DNA of 64,000 nt from Octopus vulgaris. Taxonomy: Eukaryota. The notes beneath the pieces were generated by a model, which was not told the DNA's origin, ran no database searches, and worked only from the letters and a program-made list of their open reading frames with translations. Both the position numbers and the translations under genes were made by a program. The stretch covers positions 30,256,001 through 30,320,000 of the forward strand of contig OX597839.1 in the NCBI GenBank assembly GCA_951406725.2. Direction: 5' to 3'. This document shows, piece after piece, positions 39,401-52,707 of this stretch (the stretch's first letter is position 1; each line of letters opens with the position of its first letter).

Positions 39401-40948
39401 AGACATTGGATAGTGTAGTCTTAGATAGACTGTCTGAAAAATACGAGGTTGTCATGACTCAAATCTTCTTGATCAGCTCACCTAGGGCTAAGCAACAACT
39501 GTTAGATCCCGAAATATACTTGCCTTATTAACTGTGGGGTTAAGCTGTTGGTTCCTTGTGTGCTGTAGGACTGAGCAGTTTAGCTGTAGGGAATGACTTA
39601 GGGGTCACGGTATTTGGCTTGTAATCATGAGGTCGTGAGTTTGGTTTCTGGTGGCTTGTTGTGTCCTTGAACAAGACACTTTATTTCTTATTTCCTCCTA
39701 GCCACTCAGCTGGCAAGAGTGTCTCATACCTGTAATTCAAAAGGGCCAGCCTTGTGTCACCTGTGTCGTGCTGAATCTCCCTGATAACTATATTATACAT
39801 GTCTGTGGAGTACTCAGCCACTTGTATGTTAATTTCTTCACCAGCAGGCTGTCCTTTTGCATCGAATCAACGAGGACCCTGGTCATCATAACCGATGCCA
39901 GTTGGATGTAGGAGGAGGCTCTGGCTTTAAGAAAAAAGGTGATTTTGCAGGTGTTCAATTATGTAAAATGAAGATCAGCTAAAAACCATGTACTGTCATA
40001 GAAAAGAGCCAACTTCTGATTAGGTATTCCAACCATGACCATCCTGTTTTTTTTTTTTCTCAGATTATATTATCAAATGTGTACTTTCCATTTTTGAAGA
40101 TGATAGAATCTGCTGTTTCTTACTTTGAAGTTGACATTCCTCTTGAAGAGCAGCAAGACAATGATGTAGGAAAAAAACATGGGCAAGGTGTGTGAGGGGG
40201 ATTTCAGTGGGGGAAAAGGATTGGTTGAAGGTTTTAGATACTGTACCTGAGGTAGTGGACTCAATGCTGGTGCCAAGCAGAGCAAAGAGTTAAGTGACCT
40301 GATTGGAAGATAGGATTTAAACCAGCCAGTTCTGAGGGACAGAGGCCATTGTAATAGCAATGAACAATCTGAGAGAGAGAAAGACGGGGGTGGGCCAGAA
40401 TGCATTTGTGAAAGACTTCTTGTAATCTGGGATGTTTGTCCATGTAGCTGCACGACCCCAAATATGATGGCATTATTCCTTAGTAGTATCAATGAAAATA
40501 AGTACCTGTAGTTTGAATGGGGCCCAAAAAGATTGGATAAGGGTTTGCTGGGAGTTCCTAAATGGCGGGAACTTGTAAGGTTTTATCCAATTTGACATTT
40601 AGACATTGTATTACTTAATCAATAATCAATATGACCAAATCCTCCTGATTTTCCTTTAGACCGCCCCCCTACCTCATTTATCATCCTTTGTTTCAGTCAT
40701 TATATTGTGGCCATACTGGGGCACAGCCTTGAAAAACATTTTTAGTCAAATGAATCAAATACTTATTCTTTTTTAAAGAATGGTACTTGTCCTATTGGTC
40801 TGTTTTGCTAAATTACAGGGATGTAAACACCCCAACACTGGTTGGGTCGTTCCTGTTCATGCCTTTCCTGTGTTTGTTGACCACCACCACCACCACTTGT
40901 AATTGATTTCCGCTTGTACAATGGACTCTCTCATTCTTCTTTCCCCAG

Positions 40949-41056
40949 GCTATCCACTGGCGTTTATGTACAGAGGACTCTTGTATGGCCGTAGCAGCAC
41001 GTTACAGCACATATACTTCATAATATGCGGAGTGTATATGGGTTACTTTAATTTTG
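40949..41056 (+). CDS. LPCAT3: LPCAT3-like exon 2 (GYPLAFMYRGLLYGRSSTLQHIYFIICGVYMGYFNFG)
   Basis: Acceptor ttctttccccag, donor gtaagt, 108 nt; GYP...H...G...YFNFG pattern of LPCAT3. Confidence 0.95.
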
Positions 41057-41928
41057 GTAAGTACTGCTTTCCTTGTTCTTTCCTTGTTACCCCCGACCCC
41101 CACACGAGGCAGTGAGATGTCACAGACATCAGTGTGTATGGACAAAATGCTTTTTAGGATTCATTCCGGTTCCCAGTTGGCAACATGGCAGAATCATTAG
41201 CATGGCAGCATTTTCTCTGGCTTTTATGTTCTGAGTTCAAGTTTCAGGGTTGATAAAATAAGTACCAGTCGATTACTTACTCCCGCCCTGAAATTGCTGG
41301 CCTTGTGCCAAAATTTGAAATCATTTTTTTTCAGTCTTCTACATTCTGAGTTCAAATTCCACTAAGGTTAACTTAGCTTTTCATACTTTAGAATCCAATG
41401 TGGTGCAGTGGTAGACTTGTTGAAGTGTTTGATCAGATACCTGGTGGTAGTTGGCTCCTTGTATTTGTAGGTTCTTCAGTGCTAGACTGAATCTATCATC
41501 CAGGTGAACACCATCCAGGTGAACACCATCCTTTGATCGTTGACCTTTTAGGAGATTGAAAATACTGAAGGCATGTCTCACCAACACATTCTAAGCCCTG
41601 ACTCACAGACATACTATCTCCTCATGCTGACTAGTCTTGTGTTGGCCCCATTCAGGCTTCCTAATCTCCCACATCTCATCCTTGTCTCTGTCTCCTTCCC
41701 TCACTGCATGCCCCCCCCCTCCACCTTGCATAAATCAACTTCTCTCAGTCTTTCCTTCTCACAATAAAAATGCAGCCATAAAAACAAAACTAAATACCAC
41801 ACAGAGTATATTTGTATGACACTCTACCGATTCTCTTGTCCTCTGCAAACACACTCTCTCTCTCTCTCTCTCTCATACACACATTCCTGGTGCAATGTTT
41901 CAATACCCTGTAGACAATATCTCTAGAT

Positions 41929-42285
41929 CAGTGGTTTTCAATCAGGGTTCATTGTAAGATTTTGGGGGTTCCATGCAAGCAAACTAGTAAACTGGGGATC
42001 CACAGTAGTATTTTAAGGGTTCATGACAGAGATTTTGTTTTCAATGTCTTTATTGAACGGAACAGTTTGGTTTGTTTCTCTGATGCTTTGCAGTTTCACA
42101 TGTTTCTGGCCCCTGGAACCTGGTCTCTCAGAGAGTTCTTTGGCAAACCCAGGCAATGGGGGGAAAGCAAAATAGGAATTTTAAAAAAAGTAGCTTTTAA
42201 ATATCGAATGGTTATGGGGGTCCACCAGAATAAAATAGGGATCAAAGGAGTTCAGAGTCCATTTGAGAAAAGTTTGAAACCACTG
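41929..42285 (+). mobile_element. hAT (Charlie-like) MITE, 357 bp
   Basis: TIRs CAGTGGTTTTCAA / TTGAAACCACTG; perfect 8-bp TSD CTCTAGAT at 41921-41928 and 42286-42293, matching the NTCTAGAN preference of Charlie elements. Confidence 0.93.
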
Positions 42286-42449
42286 CTCTAGATTTTAGTT
42301 AACATTCTTTATAATAGAAAGATTTTAAACATTTTTTACTGTCTCTGAAGATATTCTACAAAAAGACTTATTTTTAAATAAGTTTTAATCACTTTTAATA
42401 TTTTTGTTAAATAAATGTGGTTGTTTACCTTTCTTTTTTTCTATTGCAG

Positions 42450-42556
42450 GAATAGATGTTCTTCATTCATTTGTAAACCTAATCCTTATTTATCTGCTGA
42501 CAAGGATTGGTGCTGGAAGGTGGTGGTCACTACCAGCAGCTTTCTTAATAAACACT
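42450..42556 (+). CDS. LPCAT3: LPCAT3-like exon 3 (IDVLHSFVNLILIYLLTRIGAGRWWSLPAAFLINT)
   Basis: Acceptor tttctattgcag, donor gtgagt, 107 nt, phase 1 to 0; transmembrane-like. Confidence 0.93.
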
Positions 42557-43371
42557 GTGAGTATGCTGTGGATACCTGTTTGTGTATCTTTTATGTTGAT
42601 GAAATGATGACAATTAATCAATCAGTGTGACTGTAATCTCTTCAAAGATGCCCAATTCTTGTCTGTGTTCTTTTAATTGTGCTTGCATCATATTAAACAA
42701 TCAATGCACAAGTGGAATAAAACTGCACTAAAAATTAAATATGTTTGTTCAAAGCAGGTGTAAATTCATAATCTCATCATTATAAATGGCAGGTAAATTT
42801 ATTGCCACACTGTAATCTTGGCTTTCAAAATAATCTATAAATTTATGGCCACATGATATCCGTGTCTAAATTAACATCTTGTTTTAGGTTTGTTTACTCA
42901 AAAGAATTTAGTGTTCATAGGTGCAGGCATGGCTGTGTAGTTAAGAAATTTGCTTCCCAACCACATAGTTCCAGTTCAATCCTACTGTGTGCCTTCTATA
43001 GTTCTTGCCTGAGCAAAGCTCTGTGAGTGGATTTGGCTGAAAGAAATTGAGAGAAGCTCGTCATATATGTGTGGCTGTAGTCCAATGACTGAAACAAGTG
43101 AAAGATAGATAAATATATATCTCTGTTGTGTGTGTTAGTTCCTTTCTATCTCTCTAACTTAACAGTTTGGCAAAAAGAGACAAATACCTGGCTTAGGCTG
43201 AAACATCTCAGTGTGGTGCCCCAGTATGGTCGCAGTCCAATGACTGAATCAAGTAAAAGATTAGAGATATTTTTGCACAGACCCAGATACTTCTCTTTAT
43301 GACTTTATCTCTTTCAATTTACCATCTTTGAAATACTTTATTCATAGATCCTGTTATGTGTTTGTTTTCAG

Positions 43372-43509
43372 GGCTATCTCGTGCTCGGTTTTGCCTCCAG
43401 CTCAAAGAATGGTGAATATTATCGCATTGAATGGACAACTTCACATTGTGTGTTAATTCTAAAACTCACTGGCGTTGTGGCTGATTTGTACGATGGATCC
43501 AAACCTGAG
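43372..43509 (+). CDS. LPCAT3: LPCAT3-like exon 4 (GYLVLGFASSSKNGEYYRIEWTTSHCVLILKLTGVVADLYDGSKPE)
   Basis: Acceptor tttgttttcag; WTxxHCVLxLKLxG...DxxDG motif. Donor GAG|gttttt is weak but is the GT that keeps frame with exon 5. Confidence 0.9.
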
Positions 43510-44957
43510 GTTTTTATTTTACTTATTAGCTTTTGTTTTTGTTTGTTTTTATCTGTTCCTAATCTCTCGTTCCACATTGAAGTCCATCTCACTCTGCGTA
43601 CCATGGATTTGGTTAGTGATAAAAATGGTAGCATCTGAGAGTGTTTCCCTATAGAATTAATATATTTGGGAAGGCATGTGGCTTAGTGGTTAGGATGTTT
43701 GACTAACTGGTCATAACTGTCATGAGTTCAATTCTTGACTGCACATTGTATCCTTGAATGAGACTATTTCATGTGACTCCAGTCTCCCCTCAGCAGGTGA
43801 AAATATGGGTTGTACCTATAATTCAGAAGGGGCCAGCCTTGTCAGATTCTGTGTCATGTTGAATCTCCCTGAGAACCATGTTAAGGGTGCATGTGTCTGT
43901 GGAGCACTCAGCCACTTGCATGTTAATTTCACAAGCAGGCTGTTCTGTTGATCAGATCAGCTGGAACTCTCCTCATCATAACCGGCAGAGCTCCAGCTAA
44001 GTTAATATATTTTGAGGTCAGATAGTTTTTCTGCAAGTGCAGCAGGAGAAAACTAAGGCCTCAGCTTCAAGCTAGAGGCCCCACTTAACACATTTTACAA
44101 AGATCGTCTCTGAGTAGAACAGTAAAAATATGCAAGAATTTTCCAAAGTTCAAAGTGCAGTTTTTCTTTGTGATTATTCTCTAAACTCCAGGAATGGAAT
44201 TTTGGTTTGTTTGTTGCTTCTTTGTTGGAAGAACTGGAACGATTCAAGACAACTCATTCATTCATTGTCACTACAAACATTAAGCAGAGCAATGAATCTG
44301 GTGGGTCAAGTGGGAGGAGGGGCTGCTCAAAGGGATTAGTACAAAGCTTTGGGTGGTTGTGGTGACCACAGTAAGGCTATATTGGCAATGACCCAGACTG
44401 ACCAGCTGTGATGGACAGAGGCCATTATAGCAGCATTAGAAAAGGTAGAATGATGAAACAACACGTCTGTGGGTCAGAGGTTGGAGTGGTAAGCAACTTA
44501 AAGCAATCAATTTGGTTGTCGTCATCATGCTTATTGAATGTCCGTTTTCCATGCTGGCATGGGTCGGACAGTTTAACTGGCAAGCTGGAGGTTTGCACTA
44601 GGCTCCTGTTGTCTGTTTTTGGCATGGTTTCTACAGCTGGATGCCCTTCCTAATGCCAACCACTTTTCAGAGTGTACTGGGTGCTTTTTACCTGGTGCCA
44701 GCACATAAAATGCTTAGCATATTTTGTCTCTCTTGCGTTCTGAGTTCAAATTTTGCTGAGGCTGACTTTGCCTTTCATCCTTTCAGAATTGATAAATTAA
44801 GGACTGGTGTCGATATAATCAACTTGCCCACCCACTGCCCCCCTCCTAAAAATTTCAACCCTTTTTTCCTATATTACAAAGAATCATTATTATTATGGTT
44901 TATTCCTTTCAAATGTCTGGTGATAATGGAGTCTCAATTTGTGTTTTCCCCTTACAG

Positions 44958-45065
44958 GAGAAGTTGTCCCCTGATCAGAAAGAAACTGCCATAAAGAAAA
45001 CTCCTACAATTTTGGAATTAATGGGACATTGTTATTTCTTTGGTGCTTTTTTGATAGGACCCCAG
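44958..45065 (+). CDS. LPCAT3: LPCAT3-like exon 5 (EKLSPDQKETAIKKTPTILELMGHCYFFGAFLIGPQ)
   Basis: Acceptor ttttccccttacag, donor CAG|gtaagt, 108 nt; MBOAT P.LLE..G..YF.GAFL.GPQ motif. Confidence 0.95.
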
Positions 45066-48000
45066 GTAAGTTGACATCATTATTAAACAGGACATTATTA
45101 GCCCCTCTCCTCGATTTTCTAATATTGTTTCAGCCCACATTGTCAGGTGCTTATATTTACTAAGACTTCCCCAGTTTTATGCTTACTAATATTAATTGTT
45201 TAATACCAGCCCAATTAACATAGTAATTATTTGCTTATAGTCAGCAGGATTAATTGATATTTGTAAGCTTTCACTTCCTGTATAGATTCTTGCTAGTCAT
45301 TATTATTATTATTATTATTGTTGCGAGCTGGCAGAATTGTTACACTCTCAGATGACATGCATAGTGGCATGTCTTTTGACTTTACATTCTGAGTTCAAAT
45401 ACCACCAAGGTCGACTCTGCCTTTCATCTTTTGGGGGTTGATGAAATGAGTACTAATTAAACACTGTTGTTGTTCTAATTGACTTACCTCTCCCCCAAAA
45501 TTTCAGGTCTTGTGCCTATAGTAGAAAAAATTCTTCTTCCTCTTTTGCTCATCATCATCATAATAATAATAATAATAATAATAATAAGCTGGCAGAACTG
45601 TTGGTGCATTGGACACAATGTTTAACTGCATTTCTTTTGGCTCTTTATGTTCTCAGTTCAAATTCCATCAAGGTCGACTGATGTCAAATCATCAGAAATG
45701 GGAGAGATTAAGATGGGAAGCTTTTCCCTCTGGCTGTTTTGATGTCTCTTGATTCTGGGTTAAAGTTGTTGCCAGGCTTAACTTCGATTCATTTAACTTC
45801 ACACCCCATCTAAAGGTGACTGTGTACCTGGTCAAATTTTTGAATAGCTTGGAGTACTTTCCAACTGTGGCCATCCCATTTTAAGATTTAGGACATAAAA
45901 CATTTAGAACTCTATGACAGTGAGTCAAGTAGTTTACATGACCAATTGTTGACTCCTGTTGTTATCGTTGCCATGACTACTGATGAGTTGGATAATTTAG
46001 AACCTCACGTTTCAAGATTTGAACTCTGATACCACAATTTCCATCTGTTCAAGGTTGGTGAAATAAAGTCCAGTTTCTGGACCATTATATCCTCTCTGTA
46101 TTAAATCATGGATTTCACTGAGTCAGCACTTGATCCGTATTTCTAGAGGTTTAAGCTGACAAGAATCAAATCCAAACCTGAATGTCAGTTTATTGCAAGG
46201 GGCTTTCTCTCTTAGCCTAATGAGGAATAGTAACAGCAGTTATTGTAACCTAATGGGGAATGTTGGCACCAATTATTTTCTAATAAAAGAATTAATCCTT
46301 GGACTGGAGATCTGACTGGAATCTTGCAACAGAGTTGACTCTGCTCAAGATACCGCTGGCATAGGTGGAGCTCTTAAACTGGGTGATGAATTAACCCCTT
46401 GAAGTACCAGGTGCATGACCCCAATCCTGCAGGCTTGAAGGAAAATCTCTGTCTTAGATGTCCCCTATCTTTTGTCTTCATTTATGTCAGTGGGGACATC
46501 ATTGTGAAATATACAGTTTTTTACCTTCTTAGGAAGGTCCTTGTATTGTGTATCTGACCTTTGAACTAGTGACCTCCTGTGTTTCTCTGAAGAGACAACA
46601 CATAAATCGTTTGTAGTAGGAATAGTGACCCTCTCTACTGAATGGAGACTCCCACATTTTTGAGTCAGTTGGTTGTTAACATTGACAGGTGAAGGGTGAT
46701 ATCCCCAACAACATTGTTAGACTTCTCAAAATACAACAGAAATGTCTTGTTGCCATTCTCTGTTTGGAGTTGGTAGAAACCAAGAACATAGCAATTATAT
46801 TTGGCCTACAAAAAACAAAACCACTTTACTGCCAACCTACAAGGCTGCCGCTTGTGGCATTCCTTCTCCTACATTTGAGTCCGTTCCCCATCTACTTATT
46901 GTATACAACAATAACTTTTGAGCAAGGTACTGGCACTCAACTGTGCTTCTTAGCATCATATTGTAACTGTACCCTAGTAAAAAGGAAACTGACGAACGGA
47001 AATATTATGGAATATATGGCATCCCCCACCCCCGCCTCCTCAGCTGACTGGCAATAAATCCTTAAATATGTTTTAGCCCGAAGGCCACGGCCATGCTGGG
47101 GCACCACAGCAATATTTCTATTTTTTATCTATTACTATTGATATAAATGGTGCCAATACAACTAGCTCTGCAGTGCTTGTCCAAATATTGAACCTGTTCA
47201 GTACCAAAAGCTTTCACAGTGTACATGATAATGAAATGGTCCCAAGAAGACAGAGCATAAGATCCCCAATCATTCTCAGATTATTCATTTCCTTTCCATT
47301 TGATAAGCTGCCAATAATATTTCATTTAATCCCATTCCCTCTGCCACAAAACAGAATATTTTATGTTGCAGTGAAAACATTTGTCTTTGATGTATTCTGC
47401 CTGGTTTTGTGGAGTTCTTTTCTTCATCAAGTGAGAGATTCTCCTCATAATCTTTCAACTTTTCTAATATATAGTCGAACACCATCCCAGATCTCTATAT
47501 TTGATCATTTTTACCAACAGATAAGGTCATTGTCATTCACAGCGATAACCATGAATCAATGCCAGTCATATGGCGTGATGTTATGAAGGTTATCCGTCTG
47601 CCACTCATATTTTGTTTTATTTCTCTTGCAATCCCCATCCCCCACCACTCCACTGAGTGAATGGGTTCAGCTGCTTTGACACATGAAACTTGTTTGTTTG
47701 TTTCGTCAACTGACAGCTGCAAAAGTTCATCAACCCCGGACAACTGAAGCTAATCCACAGGACTATCTGTCTCAGCAATAAGATTATCTCTGATATTTCT
47801 AAGCCTTTCCATTTCCAGTAAGATTGAAATCAGCATCAGACAAACCATTCTTATTTCCAATTAAAAGGTAAGCAACAAGAGCACCCTCACCCCCCTCTGA
47901 GATAACCCCTCACCTGCCTCGTCGTCATACAGGCTATACATTAGGAATAGTCTTTGGATCACTATCTCCATCTGCCAAGTCATATTTACTTTTAAAATCC

Positions 48001-48529
48001 GTCTTATGACCATAATTAGAGCCATTCAGATTCCTTCACCTGTCCCCATCAATACTGCAAATCAAGTCTCTCACCTGCTCAGCTTTCAGATTTTCAGGCA
48101 ACACATTTTTACCCAAACCTCACAAGAGAAGATCATGGCAATGTTTTCCCCAAGAACTCTGACGAAAGCAGTGATGTAAAAGGATTGTTGATTGGTTCGT
48201 GTTTGGACACCAATAGTAGACAGAATGGGACATGAAGCTGGTGGGATGGAGACAGGAATGGTCTTTCCAATGTACTGCCACATGGTTTCTGTCTATCAAA
48301 TTTCCCATACCAGGCTTTGGTCAGTCTGATCCTATGGCTGGAAACACATGTCTAAGGGGCCCGGCTGTGGGATTAAACCTGAAACTATAGTTATGAAGCA
48401 AACTTCTTTACCACACAGTCACAGATGGGGTCATGAAAGGAGTTGAACGCTGCACTTGAAACAGTTGTCTGCAAAGTTTTTCTCTTTGTTAAATTGGTGG
48501 ACTTATTACTAGTCCATGGCAGCATGAGA

Positions 48530-48900
48530 AAGATGAATTTAAAATCTATGATGTTGATATATACATATATATATATATACACATATATATCTGAGTATAT
48601 TCTTGTACATATTCCCAAAGGAGTTTTATATCTCTTTCTTCCAACCAGTTCAAGTTTGATATCCACATTCTCCTTCTCCTTTCTCTGTTTCTTTTCCCTT
48701 CAATCTTTCCAGTCATCACTAAATTCTTCAAGCCCTCTTTCCTCATCACATGACCAAGGAATCTCAGTTACTTGGCCCTTATTTCACAAAGCAGTTTCTT
48801 TTTTTCCAGAGCCCAGGTCATCACTTCTTCATTAGACACTTAGTCTGTTCACGATATCCTCAATGTGCTCTGTAAGAACCATATTTCACAGCTCTCCAAG
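48530..48900 (-). mobile_element. RTE/BovB-like LINE C-terminal fragment
   Basis: LRFLGHVMRKEGLKNLVMTGKIEGKRNRERRR on the minus strand. Confidence 0.8.
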
Positions 48901-49000
48901 CCCCTCATTTTTGATGTTATCGTGTATGCTGTGGTGTTTTTTTTCCCATACCCCCCTCCTTCTAATTCAGTGATAATTAATATTGTGAGTCTCATTGCAG

Positions 49001-49071
49001 TGCTCCATACGAAGGTACCTCACTTTAGTGAAAGGTGGATTTGCAGGCAGAGGTGATAAAGTACCCAACAG
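49001..49071 (+). CDS. LPCAT3: LPCAT3-like exon 6 (CSIRRYLTLVKGGFAGRGDKVPNS)
   Basis: Acceptor ctcattgcag, donor AG|gtgagt, 71 nt (phase 0 to 2) exactly bridges exons 5 and 7 and gives ...PNS. Not visible in the ORF track. Confidence 0.88.
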
Positions 49072-49269
49072 GTGAGTCAAATTCTTATAGTTTTGGGGGT
49101 TCTGTGTTTCCTAACAGGTGACAGGAGACACTTCCTATCTGAGCCAATAAAGTGCTGAACTTCCAAGATGGCATCCACTTGTAGCTATTAACTGCAAACA
49201 CACTTAAGTCTCCTTGCCTAGAGTTTCATGCCCAATAAATGTAGGTTTTTAATTAATGAGATGTGCTTC

Positions 49270-49610
49270 TTGTTGTTTAGGATGTAGATCAGTATTGGCT
49301 GAAATATTGTCAATGACATTCCAACAGTGACCATCCTGTCTTCTTTTCAAGTTGTAGCCTACAAATACCCTACATGCTCTTTATGCTCCAAATAAAGGGC
49401 ATGCAAAGTCCTCTATCTTACATATTGCCCTTTAAGATGGTGGGATAGATTTGATAGGTTTTTACTGCCTATTATTGCTAGCAAACTGAGCAACCATGTA
49501 GAGGCTTCTTTGTTGGTTTGTAATTTGAAGAACAGGGCCACCACTGGGATTTGAACCTGAATCCCCACAATCTGAGTGGCTATGTTACCAACTACACCAC
49601 ATTATGTCTT
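49270..49610 (-). mobile_element. tRNA-derived SINE family D (inverted partial copy at 49650-49850; fragments near 585-740, 4110-4240, 18880-19050, 39340-39500)
   Basis: Minus-strand head with A box TGGTGTAGTTGG and B box GGTTCAAATCC; body shares gctagaaatagcagcc and gacaggatggtca with other copies. Confidence 0.65.
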
Positions 49611-50065
49611 CCTTGTTGAATCTGTCTCTCGCTGAGTTAGTGAGGGACCATTTATATGGTTAATTAGTCCACTAGAAATAACATCCAAATCTCTTTCAAA
49701 TCACATTTAGTAAAGAAGACCACATTGGATAATGTAATCATGCAGGTTTTATTGCCTTAGAAAAAAAAAAAAGAAAGGCTAGATGGTCATGGCTGACACA
49801 CCTTTGATCCTAAGTCTGCTGGATTGGACCTGCTCTGGGGTAAAACAACTACTACTCTTATCTCAGATCTCTTATGTTTTTTTCTTTGTTCTTGCCAACA
49901 TCTTTAGCATTCATGACATTTGAGGTTAAATATGTCCAAGGATTTATATAGTAATAATGATGATGACGATATTCCATCAAATCAAATCCAATAGATTTTA
50001 AAATGATATTCTTAATTAGTTTGAGCAAATTGATTGCACTTCCTTTGTCTGTCATTTTTTATGTA

Positions 50066-50372
50066 CAGTGGAACCTCGGTTAGTGAATGGCTTTCATCAC
50101 AAACAAATTTTTGAATAAAAAATGTCTTGGATAACAAATGGTGTCTTTGAGTAATGAACATGAAAGCCAGCCAGAACAGCTGATGATAAGCTGGGAATAT
50201 CAGGGGCAGTGTGTTAGCCTTCCTTACTGCTCTTGTTCAGTGCACATCCCTGCTCGAATTTGCTGTGCTTTCTCTTGAATTTCTTCTGGGAAAAATAGTT
50301 TCAGTTTACAAACATTTCAGTTGATAAATGGCCTTCAGGAATGAATTAAATTCCTAAACAAAGGTTTCACTG
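50066..50372. mobile_element. Tc1/mariner Tigger(pogo)-like MITE
   Basis: TA|CAGTGGAACCTCGGTTAGTGAA ... TTCCTAAACAAAGGTTTCACTG imperfect TIRs; right flank reads CA rather than TA. Confidence 0.7.
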
Positions 50373-52397
50373 CACTTAATTTTTCTTTTTTTTTTTTTGA
50401 AAGCCACATCATTGTTTAAGACTAGTTAAACTGATAAACTGTTAATCTCCAGTTTTCAACTTGAACAAACACAGAACAATGCCTTTAACAATCCTACACA
50501 AAACAATACCCTCCTCAAACCTTGTACTCATCCAACAGTATTTATTTCACAATCTCATCTAACCACACTCTTAATATGTAATTATATAAAGTGCAGGAGT
50601 GGCTGTGTGGTAAGAAGCTTGCTTCCCAACCACATGCTTCTGGGTTCAGTCCCACTGTGTAGCATCTTGGGTAAGTGTCTTCTGCTATAGTCTCAGGCTG
50701 ACCCAAAGCCTTTTGAGTGGATTTGGTAGATGGAAACTGAAAGAAGCCCGTTGTGTATACCATCATCATTTAACATCCAAGTATGTATGTATTTGTGTCT
50801 GTGTTTGTCCAGCCCCCCCCCCCATCATCACCTTGTAACTGATGCTGGTGTGTTTACATCCCCATAACTTAGCAATTCAGCAAAAGAGACCAATAGAATA
50901 AGTACTAGGATTACAAAGAATAAGTCCTGGAGTTGATTTTTCGACTAAGGGCAGTGCTCCAGCATGGCCGCAGTCAAATGACAAACAAGTAAAAGAAAAG
51001 AATATAAACATTTGGAGCCTGGTGCACCTTCCTGGCTTCCCAGACCCCGGTCGAACCGTCCAACCCATGCCAGCATGGAAAACGGACGTTAAACGATGAT
51101 GATGACATACATAGTATATGTGTTTTGTTCATGTGACAAATTTGCTGCTGGATCCCTCCTGGGGAAGCTCCCTACACAACATTGAAACACTTGAATGTCA
51201 CAGACTTGCCTCAGAATCACTGAGAATGGCAGATATCAATATCCCTGCCATTATTGTGGCTTATCAATATCATGTTCTTGGATCATCTCAGAACAAAGTG
51301 AATCTCTGATCTACAACTTATATGGAAACAGAGTGAAGTCTGTTTGCTGATGTGCAAATGGAGTGAAGTCACATGATTTATATGCAAATGGGGTGAAGCC
51401 GGTTTGTTGGGAGTGATGTCTATTTGCTGAATCAGCAGGAAGTGAAGAAAGTAAAGGAGTTGTGGAGGAAGGCTTGGCAGAGCCTCAATTCTGCTGAGAT
51501 GGATGGGTAACACCATTCATCTTGGTCCTCTGAGAAGTCCATCATCTTCAGGCCTGTCTTCACCACTTCATCTCATGTTTTCCTAAGTCTACCTCTTCCA
51601 CATGTTCCTTCCATGTTTAGCAATCAGCACCTCTTCATACAGCTGTCCTCATCCACCCACATCATATGATCATACCAGTGCAGGCTTCTCTCCTGCACAC
51701 CACATCTGATGCTTCTTATACTCAATTTTTCTCATTGAACGAGGTTGTTGTTAATGTGATCTTCTTCGGATGAAGTCTTGTACCAGCTTGACAAGTCCTT
51801 GACAAGGTAATGCGGAATAACAAGTCGACTCGTTGGGGAGAAAACAAATATTTTTATGAGTTGATGCCATCAAGATCTGAAGAGGATTTGTTGATTTGAA
51901 AGTGGGAAGTTTTCCTGCACTGAAAGTTGGTGGCATGGCTGTGTGGCGAGAAGCTTGCTTCCCAACCACATGGTTCCAGGTTCGGTCCCACAATGTAGCA
52001 CCTTGGATAAATGTCTTCTACAGCCTCAGGCTGATCAAAACCTTGTGAGTGGATTTGGGAGGTGGAAACTGAAAGATGCCTCTGTGTTTGTCCCCCCTCA
52101 CCACTACTACTTGACAATGGGTGTTAGTTTGTTTATATCCTTATAACTTAGTGGTTCAGCAAAAAGTGACCAATAAAATAAGTACCAGGATTATTTAAAA
52201 AATTAAATACTTGGGGTCGATTCATTTGACTAAAAATTCTTCAAGCTGGTACCCCAGCATGGCCACAGCCTCATGATAGAAATAAAAGACAAGATCAAGC
52301 TAGACAGGTTTGAACAAATAACACTTTTGTAAGCCTTTAATGTTCAAACGATTATGATGGTTTGTAAATGATTAATTTGCTCTCATCTTCGTTACAG

Positions 52398-52506
52398 TGT
52401 GGCTGCAGGATTGACCAAGTTAATTGTCGGCCTCTTCTATATTCTTACAATGTTAATCCTCATGTTAATCACACCCACGGATTATTTCTTCATAAAAGAT
52501 TTTTAT
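52398..52506 (+). CDS. LPCAT3: LPCAT3-like exon 7 (VAAGLTKLIVGLFYILTMLILMLITPTDYFFIKDFY)
   Basis: Acceptor cttcgttacag, donor gtaagt, 109 nt; GLFY transmembrane segment followed by DY. Confidence 0.92.
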
Positions 52507-52707
52507 GTAAGTTTTGGAATTAAATAATTCTCTTTTGGTGTTGGTAATAAAAAGATATTTTAATTTTTTTTTTAATCTATTTTTCTTCACTTATTTTAAT
52601 TTTGTGTGTGTGCCTACAATTGAAAGAGAGAACTATAGTTTTTTTTCTTTTTTTAATCTTCTGCAAGATTCCTTATCTCTCGACTGTAAACCTAATCCAG
52701 TTTAGGT

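Noticed and set aside
40073-40492. 139-aa minus-strand ORF, possible Penelope endonuclease remnant
   Set aside because: No clear GIY-YIG motif could be read.
47170-48050. ORFs of 66-137 aa between exons 5 and 6
   Set aside because: Probably a very degraded LINE; motifs too eroded to classify and not needed for the gene model.
49536-49610. tRNA gene on the minus strand
   Set aside because: A and B boxes are present but the acceptor stem does not pair, and it runs into a repeated SINE body.
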